A stretch of 64,000 nucleotides of DNA from contig JAHFFE010000007.1 of the NCBI GenBank assembly GCA_023248155.1, positions 4,401 through 68,400 on the forward strand. The letters are read 5' to 3'. The translations under genes and the position numbers were made by a program. The notes beneath the pieces were generated by a model. It was not told the origin of the DNA. It saw only the letters and a program-made list of their open reading frames with translations, and made no database searches. The stretch comes from Candidatus Omnitrophota bacterium. GTDB lineage: Bacteria > Omnitrophota > Gorgyraeia > 1-14-0-20-64-10. Position 1 is the first letter of the stretch. The number at the start of each line of letters is the position of its first letter. Positions 62,963 to 64,000 of this stretch are shown one piece after another.

Positions 62963-62992
62963 AATATAGCAGTGAAACGAACGCCCGTCAAG
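62963..62992 (-). promoter_or_regulatory. Sigma70-like promoter (minus strand) for the 35-aa peptide
   Basis: On the minus strand: TTGACG (plus 62986..62991), an exact 17-nt spacer, then TATATT (plus 62963..62968), ~25 nt upstream of the peptide ATG. Confidence 0.5.
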
Positions 62993-63691
62993 ATTTCTGT
63001 CATTATGCCCGCTTACAACGCTGCCCTTACCATCCGTGCGGCTATTCGTTCGGTTCTTCGTCAAAAAGGCCCATCATTTGAATTATTGATAGCCGACGAT
63101 GCTTCCACCGATTCGACTTGGGGCTGTATTCAGAAATTCCGGCAGGATCCAAGAATCCGATCGTTTCGTTTCCGGCGCAATCGAGGAGTAGCCGCGGCCA
63201 GTAATTATCTGATCAGCGAGGCGAGAGGGAAGTATCTCTCGTCCTGCGATGCCGACGATATGCTTCTGCCCGGCAATTTGCGCCGGCTCGCGCATGTTTT
63301 GGACACCAGTCCTTCTTGTGGAGTGGCCTATGCCGACTCGTTGATCGTATCCTCCTCTCGAACACGAAGGATGGTGTCCCGATCTGCCATTGAGACTTTC
63401 TGGGAGCTTCTCGGCGGACGCTTTACCAACGGTGGGACGCTGATCCGACGATCTTTGGTCAAAAGAATAGGCGGCTATCGTACTCAATTTGTTTTTCTTG
63501 AGGACTGCGACCTTTTTGTCCGCTTGTCCGAGATCACGAAGTTTTACTACGTCAAAGGTAAACCGCTGTATTGTCAGAGGAAGACAAAAGGCTCTCTTTC
63601 CGATCAGTCTCAAAGAAAATTGAGACAAGTTTCCCGGATCATTCTTCGTGATGCGCTCAAGAGGCGGTATGGCTACCAAGCACAGTGGTGA
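62972..63691 (+). CDS. GT2-family glycosyltransferase
   Basis: A GTG start. KISVIMPAYNAALTI...ELLIADDASTDST...CDADD fits GT2 motifs. Confidence 0.8.
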   Translation: MKRTPVKISVIMPAYNAALTIRAAIRSVLRQKGPSFELLIADDASTDSTWGCIQKFRQDPRIRSFRFRRNRGVAAASNYLISEARGKYLSSCDADDMLLPGNLRRLAHVLDTSPSCGVAYADSLIVSSSRTRRMVSRSAIETFWELLGGRFTNGGTLIRRSLVKRIGGYRTQFVFLEDCDLFVRLSEITKFYYVKGKPLYCQRKTKGSLSDQSQRKLRQVSRIILRDALKRRYGYQAQW

Positions 63692-64000
63692 GTCCGGCGT
63701 ACCGGTTCTTATCTCCGGCTCGGCGGCGAATCAGTTAAATCTGGCTTCGGCTTTTGGTTCTAGCATGAAACCCTTCATTCGCTCCGGCGCCGAACTTGTG
63801 TTGGAGCATGTTTCGCCGGCTCGCATTCGGCCGGGCGATATCATCGCCTATGCCGCTCTCTCAGGGGCATCCGTCACGCACCGCGTTGTCAAAGTGTTCA
63901 TTAAAGAAAAAACACTTCTTTTTCTGACCAAAGGGGACAACAAGTCCATTCCAGACCCGATTGTTCATCAAAAACAAATTCTGGGCAGGGTTGTGAAAAT
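63669..64000 (+). CDS. S26-family (signal peptidase I-like) serine peptidase, 3'-truncated by the window end
   Basis: The ATG at 63669 overlaps the GT2 stop. FGSSMKPFIRSG matches the SPase I box B (SxSMxPT, Ser nucleophile). TKGDNKSIPD matches the GDNRxxSxD box. It is open to the window end. Confidence 0.5.
   Translation, partial: MATKHSGESGVPVLISGSAANQLNLASAFGSSMKPFIRSGAELVLEHVSPARIRPGDIIAYAALSGASVTHRVVKVFIKEKTLLFLTKGDNKSIPDPIVHQKQILGRVVK

Noticed and set aside
62972-63002. Moving the GT2 start to ATG 63003 to avoid overlap with the minus-strand promoter
   Set aside because: That would remove the conserved KISVI beta-strand preceding the PAYN motif, so GTG 62972 was kept. The promoter overlap is tolerated.
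1-64000. CRISPR arrays, tRNA or rRNA genes, transposases or integrases
   Set aside because: No direct-repeat or spacer periodicity was seen. No tRNA-like cloverleaf or rRNA-like conserved stretches were seen. No DDE or tyrosine-recombinase motifs were seen in any frame inspected.

Overview
This is a 64 kb, mostly plus-strand window of moderately high GC from an unidentified Gram-negative-type bacterium.

Part 1, gene content in order:
- A 5'-truncated ROK-family gene, then a GH94 (cellobiose/chitobiose-type) glycoside phosphorylase with a strong terminator.
- A sigma70-like promoter driving a ~32 kb array of five tandem exported proteins (584, 3051, 1945, 3917 and 1254 aa), all with a signal-peptide-like N-terminus that shares a conserved motif.
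- An S8 subtilase, a small secreted protein and an OmpA-like lipoprotein.
- A ThrC-like PLP enzyme, a MoaD-type sulfur carrier and an NIL-domain protein, which together suggest sulfide-dependent homocysteine synthesis.
- An ECF sigma factor, a likely anti-sigma protein and a CnrX/Spy-like periplasmic sensor.
- A compact copper/metal-resistance operon: HMA-like protein, outer membrane barrel, TolC-like OMF, multicopper oxidase, Cu P-type ATPase and a CDF transporter.
- A tautomerase, then CcdA and TlpA.
- gcvT-gcvH-gcvPA-gcvPB, an APS kinase, and a LplA/LipB-type lipoyl transferase.
- A polyprenyl-phosphate-sugar glycosylation module: GT2, a PMT/ArnT-like membrane glycosyltransferase and a methyltransferase.
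- An AT-richer 3' end with a minus-strand nucleotidyltransferase-sulfotransferase fusion, two PqqD-like RRE proteins, a GT2, a partial S26 peptidase, and a promoter-equipped 35-aa peptide.
- No rRNA, tRNA, CRISPR array or transposase was recognised.

Part 2, the most unusual content:
- The giant array. Inside the huge exported polypeptides I can align, by eye, a GlmS-like module (class II glutamine amidotransferase plus two SIS domains, with near-exact GlmS C-terminal motifs), an ASKHA sugar kinase, a eukaryotic-type UDP-sugar pyrophosphorylase (UDPGP), a UDP-glucose-dehydrogenase-like catalytic motif, a GHMP kinase motif and left-handed beta-helix segments. This looks like a UDP-amino-sugar/uronate pathway dispersed over secreted or membrane-anchored megaproteins.
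- The 35-aa peptide. It matches the lasso-leader consensus YxxPxLx3Gx5Tx, has its own TTGACG-N17-TATATT promoter and a strong SD, sits beside two RRE proteins, and has only a 4-residue core.

All domain calls are by-eye motif recognition and need HMM or structure-based confirmation.
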